From contig CALDSP010000125.1 in the NCBI GenBank assembly GCA_937924465.1, positions 1-38,156 of the forward strand: DNA of 38,156 nt. Reading direction: 5' to 3'. The translations under genes were made by a program, and so were the position numbers. Every line of letters begins with the position of its first letter. Within the stretch, counting starts at the first letter, position 1. This document shows, piece after piece, positions 17,445-26,546 of the stretch. The notes under the pieces are model-generated. The model was not told the DNA's origin. It made no database searches and saw nothing but the letters and a program-made list of their open reading frames with translations. Source of the DNA: an uncultured Leptospiraceae bacterium. Its GTDB lineage: Bacteria; Spirochaetota; Leptospiria; Leptospirales; Leptospiraceae.

Positions 17445-18178
17445 TTAGCTCTCCTTATAGCATTAGAAATATATTTCCATTTTAAAAGTTCCCGATTAGA
17501 GATTAAATAACGGATTCCTGAAAGCACAGTAAAAACAGTAGCAAGCAACATAATATAATAAGGAAGGAATGCAGCTAAATGATAAAAAATATCTACATCT
17601 TCTGGAGCTTTTTTCTGAAGGGCTTGTATAAAGATCATAAAATTTTCATTGGCAATCTCTAAACCAATTTTTCCCATCTCTTTGCCTTTTTCAAATAGTG
17701 AATTGATATTTTTTCTTTGTCCTGTTGTAATTACAATGAATAAAGAAAGTATGACTATAATTGCTACCATTTGGAAAAAAGTTTTTAACTTAGCAATTTT
17801 CGTAGTACGAATTGATTTATTGTTTTGAATTCCAATATAACGCAGGGAAGTAATTAGCATATCTCTTAAAACTATCAAGAAGACCATCCACACTTCTACT
17901 TGTTCGTTGAGTGCTATAAAAGTCACAAAAGAACTTATTACTAAGACTTTGTCGGCAAGGGGATCTAAAAATTTTCCAAATTCAGTTTCTTGTTTCCACT
18001 TTCTTGCCAAATATCCATCTACTAAGTCTGTAAGTGAGGCAATTAAAAAAATTCCAAAAGCAATAATGTTATAAATTAAAGATTCTTTAAAGAGAAAGTA
18101 AATAAAAAAAGGAACAAGTGCAATCCGAATGAGTGTTAAAAAGTTTGGAAGATTGAGATTAGAATTTTCTTGATTCAA
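17441..18178 (-). CDS. pgsA: CDP-alcohol phosphatidyltransferase, probably CDP-diacylglycerol--glycerol-3-phosphate 3-phosphatidyltransferase
   Basis: NLPNFLTLIRIALVP is present, together with the CDP-alcohol motif DLVDGYLARKWKQETEFGKFLDPLADKV. At 245 aa it is longer than the roughly 180 aa I expect for PgsA. Confidence 0.75.
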   Translation of the reverse strand: MNQENSNLNLPNFLTLIRIALVPFFIYFLFKESLIYNIIAFGIFLIASLTDLVDGYLARKWKQETEFGKFLDPLADKVLVISSFVTFIALNEQVEVWMVFLIVLRDMLITSLRYIGIQNNKSIRTTKIAKLKTFFQMVAIIVILSLFIVITTGQRKNINSLFEKGKEMGKIGLEIANENFMIFIQALQKKAPEDVDIFYHLAAFLPYYIMLLATVFTVLSGIRYLISNRELLKWKYISNAIRRAK

Positions 18179-18184
18179 ATTTCA

Positions 18185-19501
18185 CTACTCCAAAAATACT
18201 CCATCCATGTCGTATTCTGAAAAGTTGTCAATGAGTACCTTTCCTATTTGCCCTACTTTTAGATTTGAATTTTTTACATACACTACTTCATCCATTTCGG
18301 GAGCATCCTGAAATCTGCGTACAATGCTTTCTTTTTTTCCTACTTTATCTACAATAGCAGGATAAGTTTCTCCAATTCTAGAAATGTGAATTTCTTTTAA
18401 AACTTCTAGATGAGCTTCACGAACTAAATTGACTCTGTGAGAAATTTCTTGTTCTTCTAATTGTTCTGAAAGAAGGTAAGCTTTCGTACCTTCTTGGGGT
18501 GAAAATCCAAAGAGAGCAAGTTTTTCAGGTTTAACTTCTTGAATAAATTGAATTACTTCGTCTACATCTTTTGCGGTTTCTCCGGGGTATCCCATAATAA
18601 TAGAAGTTCGTATTTCTAAATCTTTTCTTTGTCGAGCTTTTTTAAATAAATCTATAAAAAAATTTTTATTTCCAATTCGGTTCATAGATTTTAGAACTTT
18701 CTCCGAAACATGTTGAATAGGAGATTCAAAATAGGGAGCAATTTTTTCATTTGTTAGAAATAAATCTAAAAGTTTATATGTCTTTTTATCAGGGTATAAA
18801 TACAAAGGACGAAGAATTTTTAAGTCTTCTATTTCTGTAATAGTTTGAATTAAATTACTTAACTCATCTAAAGATTTTCCATAAAACACTGTATCTTGAG
18901 AAACTAAACAAATTTCTTTTGCACCTTCCGATAAAGCTTTATGAACATCTTGAAGAATTTCTTCTTTTGGAGAATCATGAAAACTACCACGTAACGTAGG
19001 AATAATACAAAAATGACAACCTCTATTGCATCCATCGGAAATTTTTACATAAGCAAAGGAAGAGTTGTTTTTCTTTTTGGACGTTAGGTGCAAATTTCTT
19101 TTTAAGAGTTCAAGGTCTGGGCGTTTCTGTTGAAAATATTCTGGAAAGTGAGAACGAATTATTTCATCTGCTTGAGAATATTTTCCTGTTCCAAAAAGTA
19201 AATCAATTTCAGGAATTTCTTCTTGGATTTCTTTAGAATATCTCTCTGCAAAACAACCAACAACAATTAGTTTTTGATTGGATTTTTTTTTTAAATCTAC
19301 CGCCTCTAAGATAGTTTCAATGGTTTCGTTTGTAGCTTCTGTAATAAAAGTACAAGTGTTAATAATAAGTAAATCACTCTTTTCGGGACTACTGGATAGG
19401 TTGAGTCCACATCTCAAAAGAGATTCTTCCATTTTAGAAGAATCTGCAATATTTTTAGGACAGCCTAAAGTAATTATATGAAAAGAGTGAGAAGAGTTCA
19501 A
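18185..19501 (-). CDS. rimO: ribosomal protein S12 methylthiotransferase RimO (radical SAM MTTase)
   Basis: The MTTase N-domain has LGCPKN. The radical-SAM motif is CNRGCHFC. The C-terminus is TRAM-like. Length is 438 aa. Confidence 0.8.
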   Translation of the reverse strand: MNSSHSFHIITLGCPKNIADSSKMEESLLRCGLNLSSSPEKSDLLIINTCTFITEATNETIETILEAVDLKKKSNQKLIVVGCFAERYSKEIQEEIPEIDLLFGTGKYSQADEIIRSHFPEYFQQKRPDLELLKRNLHLTSKKKNNSSFAYVKISDGCNRGCHFCIIPTLRGSFHDSPKEEILQDVHKALSEGAKEICLVSQDTVFYGKSLDELSNLIQTITEIEDLKILRPLYLYPDKKTYKLLDLFLTNEKIAPYFESPIQHVSEKVLKSMNRIGNKNFFIDLFKKARQRKDLEIRTSIIMGYPGETAKDVDEVIQFIQEVKPEKLALFGFSPQEGTKAYLLSEQLEEQEISHRVNLVREAHLEVLKEIHISRIGETYPAIVDKVGKKESIVRRFQDAPEMDEVVYVKNSNLKVGQIGKVLIDNFSEYDMDGVFLE

Positions 19502-19504
19502 AAT

Positions 19505-20623
19505 TTAGTCTCCTAGTTCTTTGATAATAAATTGAGAGCTATCGTAAGGGTTTGGAACTTTATAAAAGATTTTTTTAGTTACTTTATTATTTCTGGCGAG
19601 TTTGACTCTCTCTTTTCCGTTTTGGCTAATCTCTACCGCGCTTCCATCTCCCACTTTTAATTCTAAACGATTTCTTGCCTCTAAATTCAATTTTTCTCCT
19701 GCGTGAAACAGTCTTCTTTCTCCAATTTGACCATCTGAACTAAATTCAGCATATGTAGATTTAACAAAAAACAAAGTAATTTGAATTGGAACATCTCCTA
19801 CAGGAGAATAAGAGGAATCCTCCCGTTCTTTTCCAAAAGAAACAAGGATTTTAGCAGAATTTGCAGTAATTGACTGTGCCTTTATGATAATCTCTCGTCG
19901 TAGGCTTTCTAATTCAGGATTGTCATAACTTAACTTTATTTCTTCATCTACTTTGATTTCAAAAGTATACACCTTTCTTTCGGGAGAGATATTGAAACCA
20001 AGCACGGCTCTGCGTTCCTCTAAGTTTTCTTCCTTAACTCCCTTTATAAAGATACGACATTGCTGATTATTTACACTAAATGAAAATCCTTGATCCAAAG
20101 TTAGAGTAAAGGGAATATCTCCATTTTCTGGAATAGATTGAGGAGTGAAATTTATACCGGAAGGGATTCCTAGTTCTGTTTCAGAAGAGGATATGTTTTC
20201 AATTGGATTGTTAGAGGTTCTATCATTGATTTTGTCATCATAGAAAAAGCTAAAAACTAACACTGCCAAAAATATTATCCCTATTAGAATAAAAGGAAGA
20301 ATTGCTTTATTTTTTTCAATTTCTAAAGCAATCACTTTCATTGTGGGTTGAGTAATTTCCGGAATTGGCTGTTGGCTTTCTTCCATTTGCTGACTACGGT
20401 AAAGTTGAATAATTTGAGCCGAATCTAACTTCAAAAAATCTGCATAAGTTTTCAAAAAACCAATTGTAAAGGTTTCAGCTGGGAATTGGGTATAGTCTTC
20501 ATTTTCAAGAGCTAATATAAACTTGACAGCAATGTTAGTTTCTTTGGCAATATCTCGAACTGTAAGGTTTTTTTCTTCCCTAGCTTCTTTTAAAATTTGA
20601 CCAACTCGCTTGTATGTGTTCAA
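19505..20623 (-). CDS. rodZ: RodZ-like cytoskeleton protein (XRE-type HTH, TM helix, DUF4115-like C-terminus)
   Basis: The N-terminus is VGQILKEAREEKNLTVRDIAKETNIAVKFILALENEDYTQFPAETFTIGFLKTYADFL. There is a single TM, ILPFILIGIIFLAVLVFSFF. The C-terminus LELKVGDGSAVEISQNGK is typical of RodZ. Confidence 0.7.
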   Translation of the reverse strand: MNTYKRVGQILKEAREEKNLTVRDIAKETNIAVKFILALENEDYTQFPAETFTIGFLKTYADFLKLDSAQIIQLYRSQQMEESQQPIPEITQPTMKVIALEIEKNKAILPFILIGIIFLAVLVFSFFYDDKINDRTSNNPIENISSSETELGIPSGINFTPQSIPENGDIPFTLTLDQGFSFSVNNQQCRIFIKGVKEENLEERRAVLGFNISPERKVYTFEIKVDEEIKLSYDNPELESLRREIIIKAQSITANSAKILVSFGKEREDSSYSPVGDVPIQITLFFVKSTYAEFSSDGQIGERRLFHAGEKLNLEARNRLELKVGDGSAVEISQNGKERVKLARNNKVTKKIFYKVPNPYDSSQFIIKELGD

Positions 20624-20635
20624 AGTCTTTCTCCT

Positions 20636-21364
20636 TTAATTATTTTGAGTTTGGTTTGGATTTTGTGGAGCACTTACAAGAGGATTATTCACAATTTTGA
20701 CTTTTCCACTTATATGATAATTAAAAATTCCATCTTCGATTTCTTGATCTAATTGAATATTCGTAAATTCAATTTTTGTCTCTTTTCCTCTAGAATCTTT
20801 TCCAATGGCTTTACGAACTAGGTAATCTTTTGAATCAATAAATAAAGTAATGTAATCAAAACCACCGATTTTCTCTCGCTGTTCTAATGCTAAAACAAAA
20901 TACTCTTTTCCATCTTCCATTTTTTGAGGTTGAGTAATGGAATCAAATTTATAGTGATATTTGCGAAAAATTCTAAAAAGTCCAGCCGGTGTGTTTGTTG
21001 GAAAAATTGGTTCTCCTGAACTGTTATTTTTTTGGATTTCTAGATCTTGTTTTCCGACGGCTTCAATTCGTTTTATATAGATCCATAAAGTTTTTCCATC
21101 TGAAACGATTGTATCTCCTTCTGGTTGGGAAAAATCATAGCGTATTTTGCCTGGGTTTTTATACTGACTTTTTCCTTTCAAAATTGTACTTTTCTTGGAA
21201 GAGGAGGTTTGGATTACAAAATCCGCACTCATAGTTTTTATTTCTGAATATTTCTTTTTTACTTTTTTTACGACCTCCGAAGGTGAATTCCAATTGTGAG
21301 CCTGTGAATACAAAACACAGGGAGTAACAAATAAAAAGCAGAGCTTTACAAACAAAGGTTTCAT
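20636..21364 (-). CDS. LolA-like outer-membrane lipoprotein carrier family protein
   Basis: A signal peptide is present. MSADFVIQT...ILKGKSQYKNPGKIRYDF...DGKTLWIY resembles the LolA fold signature. Confidence 0.6.
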   Translation of the reverse strand: MKPLFVKLCFLFVTPCVLYSQAHNWNSPSEVVKKVKKKYSEIKTMSADFVIQTSSSKKSTILKGKSQYKNPGKIRYDFSQPEGDTIVSDGKTLWIYIKRIEAVGKQDLEIQKNNSSGEPIFPTNTPAGLFRIFRKYHYKFDSITQPQKMEDGKEYFVLALEQREKIGGFDYITLFIDSKDYLVRKAIGKDSRGKETKIEFTNIQLDQEIEDGIFNYHISGKVKIVNNPLVSAPQNPNQTQNN

Positions 21365-21443
21365 GGTACTAATTCCATGTTTTTTTGGTAGTTTTTGTTG
21401 TTAAGAAAAATAATTTCAAACCTATAAATTTTCACTTTTAAAA

Positions 21444-21471
21444 TTTACAGCTTAAGGTATTCTAGTATAAA
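21444..21471 (+). promoter_or_regulatory. candidate sigma-70 promoter for the lipoprotein/esterase pair
   Basis: TTTACA (21444-21449), a 16-nt spacer and TATAAA (21466-21471) lie 23 nt upstream of the ATG at 21494. The match is sequence only, in AT-rich DNA. Confidence 0.35.
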
Positions 21472-21493
21472 AATTTTCTATTTTGAGGGTGGT

Positions 21494-22612
21494 ATGCAGG
21501 CAATCTTTTTATTTTTTTCTTACTTATTGATTCAGTCTTGTGCTAGTACGCAAACCAAAGGAGACGGCTATATTTATGTGAAAAATGTGACAGGAATCAA
21601 TCAAATTGACGCGGAACTAAATGCAAAACGAAAAATTTTAGAAAAAGGCTTAGGTGAATTGGTAGAGGGTCGTTCTCAAGTTATAGACGCTGAATCTAAA
21701 GAAAAAATTGTGATGTCTTCTGTAGAGGGCTTTGTAATTGATTATCAACAAATTGGACCCTCTCGTAAAAACGGAGCTCTTGTAGAAATTGATGCAAAAG
21801 GAAAAGTAAATGCTAAAGCCATTGAGGATGCTTTAAAACAACGTTATGCCGACATTGGTAAACCACGATTTCTCATGTTGATTGATGAAAATCTAAATGG
21901 AAAACCAAGTCGTGCGGGACAAACTGTCACTGAAAATGAAATAGCATCCAAATTTACAGAGTTTGAATTTTTAGATAAGGAGCAATTCATTCGAATTTTA
22001 GCTAAAGAGGGAGGAAAAGCGTTTGGAGTATATGGGGATTCTTCTTTAGAAAATAAAGCAATGCAGGCTGCCGCAGAAATGGGCGCTGAAATTTTACTAA
22101 TTGGAGTTTCAGAAACAAAAAATATTGGAGAAATTGAAGGAAGTGGACTTTATTCTATTCAGGCAACTTTGCGTTTTAAGTTTGTAGATGTAGGAACTGC
22201 CAAAATTATTGCTTCCGAAAATTCTACAAGTGCTTATCCTCATGTAAGTCCTGATAGTGGTTCTATTGAGGCTATCAAAAAAGCAGTATCTAAAGCTCAC
22301 GAAAAAATTCGCGATCAAATTTCCCAAAAATGGAAACGAGGCACAAGTATACGAGTTGTATTTGAAGGAATTCTTTACGATGACTTCATAGACAAAGACG
22401 TTGAGCACACAATCCGAACTATTCCGGGGGTAAACTTTACTTCTGTAAAATCTAGCTCTAACACAAATAACATGATTGTTCTAGAAGTGGAAGCCTTGTT
22501 TAATGGAAACATGCTATACCGTAAAATGCGGGATAGAAGAGGAGACTTTGGATTTGATTTTACACAAAAAGAAGTCAAACCAAGTACAGTTCATATTTTG
22601 GTTAAGAAATGA
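21494..22612 (+). CDS. hypothetical lipoprotein
   Basis: 372 aa. The signal has a lipobox-like LLIQSC. I recognise no catalytic motifs. Its stop overlaps the next start (ATGA 22609-22612). Confidence 0.7.
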   Translation: MQAIFLFFSYLLIQSCASTQTKGDGYIYVKNVTGINQIDAELNAKRKILEKGLGELVEGRSQVIDAESKEKIVMSSVEGFVIDYQQIGPSRKNGALVEIDAKGKVNAKAIEDALKQRYADIGKPRFLMLIDENLNGKPSRAGQTVTENEIASKFTEFEFLDKEQFIRILAKEGGKAFGVYGDSSLENKAMQAAAEMGAEILLIGVSETKNIGEIEGSGLYSIQATLRFKFVDVGTAKIIASENSTSAYPHVSPDSGSIEAIKKAVSKAHEKIRDQISQKWKRGTSIRVVFEGILYDDFIDKDVEHTIRTIPGVNFTSVKSSSNTNNMIVLEVEALFNGNMLYRKMRDRRGDFGFDFTQKEVKPSTVHILVKK

Positions 22613-23613
22613 ATGTAATTAAAATTTTTATTTCTTTGTTGTTATTTGTAGTTTTTGTTTATTGCAAGCAACCTAAACAAGATAGCCAGAGCAATTTTTT
22701 AATAGCTTATGCCTTAACCCAATCCATGAAAACTTCAAGCATAGGATTTCAAGAAGTTAAAGAATTTGGTTCTAATCCGGGAGGGCTCAAAATGTATTTG
22801 TTCACTCCTGAAAACCTAAACCCACAAGCTGGAGTTGTATTTGTTTTGCATGGATGCACAGAGAGTGCAAGTAAAATTAGAAATTCAGGTTGGGAAGATA
22901 TAGCAAAAGAAAGAAATTTATTGATAGTCTATCCTGAAGAACCAAGTATAACTTTTTTAGATGACCGTTGTTTTAATTGGTTTAATTTAAACGATATAAC
23001 CAAAAATTTGGGACAAGCTCAATCTGTGTATAGTATGCTTTCTTACGTAAAAGAAAAATTTTCTGTCAATTTAGAAAAAGTCTTTATTCTTGGGCTTTCT
23101 GCAGGAGGATATTTTTCTAGTGTAGTTGCTACAATTTATCCTGAAGATTTTAAAGGTTTTGCAAGTATTGCAGCAGGTCCTACGCGTTGCTATCCTGATG
23201 GAGTAAACAACATTTCAGAAATTACAAAATGTTCCTCAGGATATGGAGCTAGTTTAGAAACAGTTTCTAAAACTTCAACAGAATGGGGAGATTTTATTAG
23301 AAATACAAAACCAAATTTTTCTAATTGGCCTAGAGCTTTATTGATTCATGGGGGATTAGATACTATTGTTAAGCCAAGTTTATTTTATGAAGCAACTAAG
23401 CAATGGGAAAACCTGCATGGAATTTCTAGTCCTATTGTTACTTCTACATCTTCTTACATTCGCTCAACGTATGCTAATAAAAAATTAGAAACATGGTTTT
23501 TACCAAACCTAGGGCATGCTTATCCATTGAACCAATGTGGGAAAGTAGAAGGATATTATGTAGAAAGTGATATTTGTGCTACAAAAGTTATAGCAGATTT
23601 CTTTATACAATAA
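22609..23613 (+). CDS. PHB-depolymerase-family esterase (alpha/beta hydrolase, secreted)
   Basis: A signal peptide is present. GSNPGGLKMYLFTPENLNPQAGVVFVLHGCTESA and the nucleophile elbow GLSAGG are typical of the esterase/PHB depolymerase family. Confidence 0.75.
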   Translation: MNVIKIFISLLLFVVFVYCKQPKQDSQSNFLIAYALTQSMKTSSIGFQEVKEFGSNPGGLKMYLFTPENLNPQAGVVFVLHGCTESASKIRNSGWEDIAKERNLLIVYPEEPSITFLDDRCFNWFNLNDITKNLGQAQSVYSMLSYVKEKFSVNLEKVFILGLSAGGYFSSVVATIYPEDFKGFASIAAGPTRCYPDGVNNISEITKCSSGYGASLETVSKTSTEWGDFIRNTKPNFSNWPRALLIHGGLDTIVKPSLFYEATKQWENLHGISSPIVTSTSSYIRSTYANKKLETWFLPNLGHAYPLNQCGKVEGYYVESDICATKVIADFFIQ

Positions 23614-23670
23614 TTTTTTTATGAACTCACTGAAAGAAAGTATAAGTCTCTACTTATATGCAATTTCTTT

Positions 23671-25060
23671 GTGATTCTTGCTAGTCTTTGGGCAGGTATA
23701 GAACTTATTGCAGGTAAAGCTTTTTTAAACTCTTGGAATAAATTTCCTTTTGGAAAATATCCGAAAGGAGGTCTTTCAATTCGAGTTTGGGCTATGGTTT
23801 CTTTTTTATGTTTGTATTTTGTAGTTTTACCAACTGTAATTTATTACATTGCTAAATACAGAAAGCAAAAATCTTTAAACTGGAATATTTATATTCCTTT
23901 GTTTCTTTTTTCAATTTTAGTTTCAACAAACGTACCTTCTTTGTTAAGTATAAATTTTTTTCCAGGCGGAGCCTTTGTATTTATTCCAATGTAATATTTG
24001 GCTTATGGAACATTTAGAAAAGATATTTTTAATTTACATGAAATTCTATATGAAAAAAATTTTTTATTTTATGCAATTTCACTTTTTATTTCTTTTTTAT
24101 TTTTTATAATTTCTCTCTTTATTATAACCTTTCTCCTTCGAGAGGTGTATTTATTTTAATTCGACCTATAGCCAAAAAATTAGATGAAAATTATTGCAAA
24201 ATATTAGAAACAAATCAAGAATTAACAAAAGCCAAGTCTCAAATAGAAGAACTCAATAAACTTTCCAATCTAATCAATTCTACGTCTAGTCTCTCTCTGG
24301 TCATGATTTATATTTATGATTACATGAATTTAAACTTTGAAGTAGAGGCTTTTTGGTTACTAAAGATAGATGAAAAAAACAAAATATAACTACTATTTTT
24401 TCTATAAACAATTATATTCCAAATAATATCCATGAATACTATGAAAATTATACTTTTCCTTTAACACCGAAAGGAGCGGGAGGGTTTTACAAGGTATACA
24501 AATCAAAAGAATTATTGATTTGGAATTATAGTCTCAAATTTGATAAGTTAATCCAAGAAGCAAAAACAATCGATTTACAGATCGTACGAGACCTAAAATT
24601 AAAAACTTTAATTAACGTTCCTCTTATTGTTAGAAACAAAGTTATAGCAATACTTTCTCTTACTTCTTATAGAGAAGATTTTCAATTTTCAGAAATTGTT
24701 ATTTCACAAATTCAAATTTTTGCAGAACAAATTGCGAGTACTATCTATAAGTCTCAACTCTTAAAAGAGGCAGAAGAATCAAGGCAACTTCTAAGTAAAC
24801 AAAAACAACTTTTGGAATCGCAAAAGAAAGAAGCAGAAGATTTAAATCAAGACTTAAATATAAAAACTATCATGAAAAAGTTCGAGAGTTTTATAAAAAA
24901 ATACTATCAATTTGATTATTATGCACTCAATGTTATTGATATTAAGAAAAAAATTATGAAAGTTTTAGATTTTTCTTACCCTCCCAATACTCCGAGCGTG
25001 ATTGAATCCATCCATAATTTTGCGATTCCTTTTTTTTTTGGAAGAAGTATCAGGAAATAG
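23671..25060 (+). pseudogene. decayed membrane sensor gene (multi-TM N-terminus, GAF domain, start of a second GAF-like module; no output domain)
   Basis: One reading can be followed through an in-frame TAA (23992-23994) and two frame changes (near 24157 and near 24387-24392). It ends about 20 nt before the convergent Fur-family gene. The GAF-like sequence EELNKLSNLINSTSSLSLVMIYIYDYMNLNFEVEAFWLLKIDEKN ... LINVPLIVRNKVIAILSLTSYREDFQFSEIVISQIQIFAEQIASTIYKSQLL is split between frames. Confidence 0.6.
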
Positions 25061-25080
25061 AGAATTTTCAAAAAAGGTAA

Positions 25081-25578
25081 TTATTTTGACTTTTGTAAAG
25101 TAGGATTGTATTTACATTTTTCTGGGTTTAAACATTCTCCGTAAATGTTTAATCTATGACCATAAATTTTAAAACCATTTAGTCTAGCGGCTTTTTCTTG
25201 GAGTTCTTCAATTTGATGATCTGTAAACTCAACGACTCTTCCGCAGTTCACACAAATTATATGATCGTGATGTTCATGTCCTATTATGTGTTCGTAAAAT
25301 TTATATTCTTTACCAAAGTCATGTTCTATTAGCAAATTTCCCTTAACCATGATATTTAAAATCCTATAAATTGTAGCTTTGGAAATTTCAGAACGTTTGT
25401 CTTTAAACATTTCAAGTAGACTATCGGCTGTAAAATGATTATGTATAGAAAAAATAGTTTGAGCTACAAGTAATCTTTGGTTAGTTACTTTGAGTTTTTC
25501 CTTTTTTAAAAGGAACTCAAAAGTTTGCATTTCTTTTTCAATTTCTTTTGGATATTTGGTTTGTTTTGGAGTTTTCAT
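25081..25578 (-). CDS. Fur-family metalloregulator (Fur/PerR-like)
   Basis: The winged-helix region is TNQRLLVAQTIF...ATIYRILNIMVKGNLL. The metal site is GHEHHDHIICVNCGRVVEF, with a second Cys pair in ECLNPEKC. The start overlaps the upstream stop (ATGA 25575-25578). A shorter start at MQTFEF is possible. Confidence 0.85.
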   Translation of the reverse strand: MKTPKQTKYPKEIEKEMQTFEFLLKKEKLKVTNQRLLVAQTIFSIHNHFTADSLLEMFKDKRSEISKATIYRILNIMVKGNLLIEHDFGKEYKFYEHIIGHEHHDHIICVNCGRVVEFTDHQIEELQEKAARLNGFKIYGHRLNIYGECLNPEKCKYNPTLQKSK

Positions 25579-26546
25579 TTTATTTTTAAAACCACCTTTC
25601 CGTACGATTTACGTTGCGTGACAGTTCGTATTGCTAAAGGAGCATCTTTAAGTTCAAAAGTTTTATATATGATTGGCTTTGTAATTCCTTTTTTATACCA
25701 TAAGTGTAAATCATCAACTGCTTCATGAATTTTTTCTGGAAAATTCATGAAATAAAGATTCCAGTAAAGTCCTACAAGACTTATGTTATTTAGTAATAAA
25801 AGATTGGTTGCAACCTGTGCAATTTTTCCACTTGTAAAACCAACTACAACAATTCTTCCTTCAAAGTTTGTACATAATATAGATTTTTCTAAAATTTCTC
25901 CTCCAACGGGATCAATCACTACATCTACTCCCCCGTATTCTTTACGAATTTTTTTTGACCAAGTAGAATCATTGTAATTAAAAACTAAATCTGCCCCTGC
26001 TTGTTTAGCAATTTCTATTTTTTCTTCACTTCCGACAGTAGCATATACCTTTGCACCTAACGCTTTCCCAATTTGAATAGCACTCGTACCAATTCCTCCA
26101 GCTCCCGCATGGACTAACAAGGTTTCCTTAGCTTGGAGTTGTCCTCTTACAATCACTCCAAAATAGGAAGATTGATACGTAACTACAAAACCGCAAGCCT
26201 CTTCAAAACTCATACCTTGTGGAATATGATAGAGATTTTTTTCTGGAACGGAAACTTTTTGAGCATATCCACCCAAAAAGGAGGCTCCATAAACTTTATC
26301 TCCTTCTTGAAACTGAGTTACTTTAGATCCTACTTTTGAAACTACTCCAGAAATTTCAGCTCCAGGAATAAAAGGTCTAGTTGGTCGCATTTGATATTTT
26401 CCTTGAATGAGTAAAAGATCAGGAAAATTTACTCCACAAGCATGAACATCTACAAGTACTTCATTTTCTTTATAGAGTGGTTCTTCTACATCAGTAAAGA
26501 GCATTTCTTCGGGTTCACACCATTTTTGTACAAGGTAGGCTTTCAT
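25575..26546 (-). CDS. NADPH:quinone oxidoreductase / zeta-crystallin-type medium-chain dehydrogenase
   Basis: The MDR fold is indicated by VDVHACGVNFPDLL and the nucleotide motif VHAGAGGIGTSAIQIGKALGAKV. I prefer ATG 26546 (MKAYLVQKW) because it forms an ATGA overlap with the upstream stop at 26543-26545. The track start is 26567. Confidence 0.8.
   Translation of the reverse strand: MKAYLVQKWCEPEEMLFTDVEEPLYKENEVLVDVHACGVNFPDLLLIQGKYQMRPTRPFIPGAEISGVVSKVGSKVTQFQEGDKVYGASFLGGYAQKVSVPEKNLYHIPQGMSFEEACGFVVTYQSSYFGVIVRGQLQAKETLLVHAGAGGIGTSAIQIGKALGAKVYATVGSEEKIEIAKQAGADLVFNYNDSTWSKKIRKEYGGVDVVIDPVGGEILEKSILCTNFEGRIVVVGFTSGKIAQVATNLLLLNNISLVGLYWNLYFMNFPEKIHEAVDDLHLWYKKGITKPIIYKTFELKDAPLAIRTVTQRKSYGKVVLKIK

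Noticed and set aside
23621-23674. ATG at 23621 (MNSLKESISLYLYAISL, stop at 23672-23674) as the original start of the decayed sensor, which would imply a further frameshift near 23668.
   Set aside because: The sensor frame is itself open all the way back to the preceding gene's stop. GTG 23671 is a possible start. I cannot tell a real extra lesion from a coincidental short ORF.
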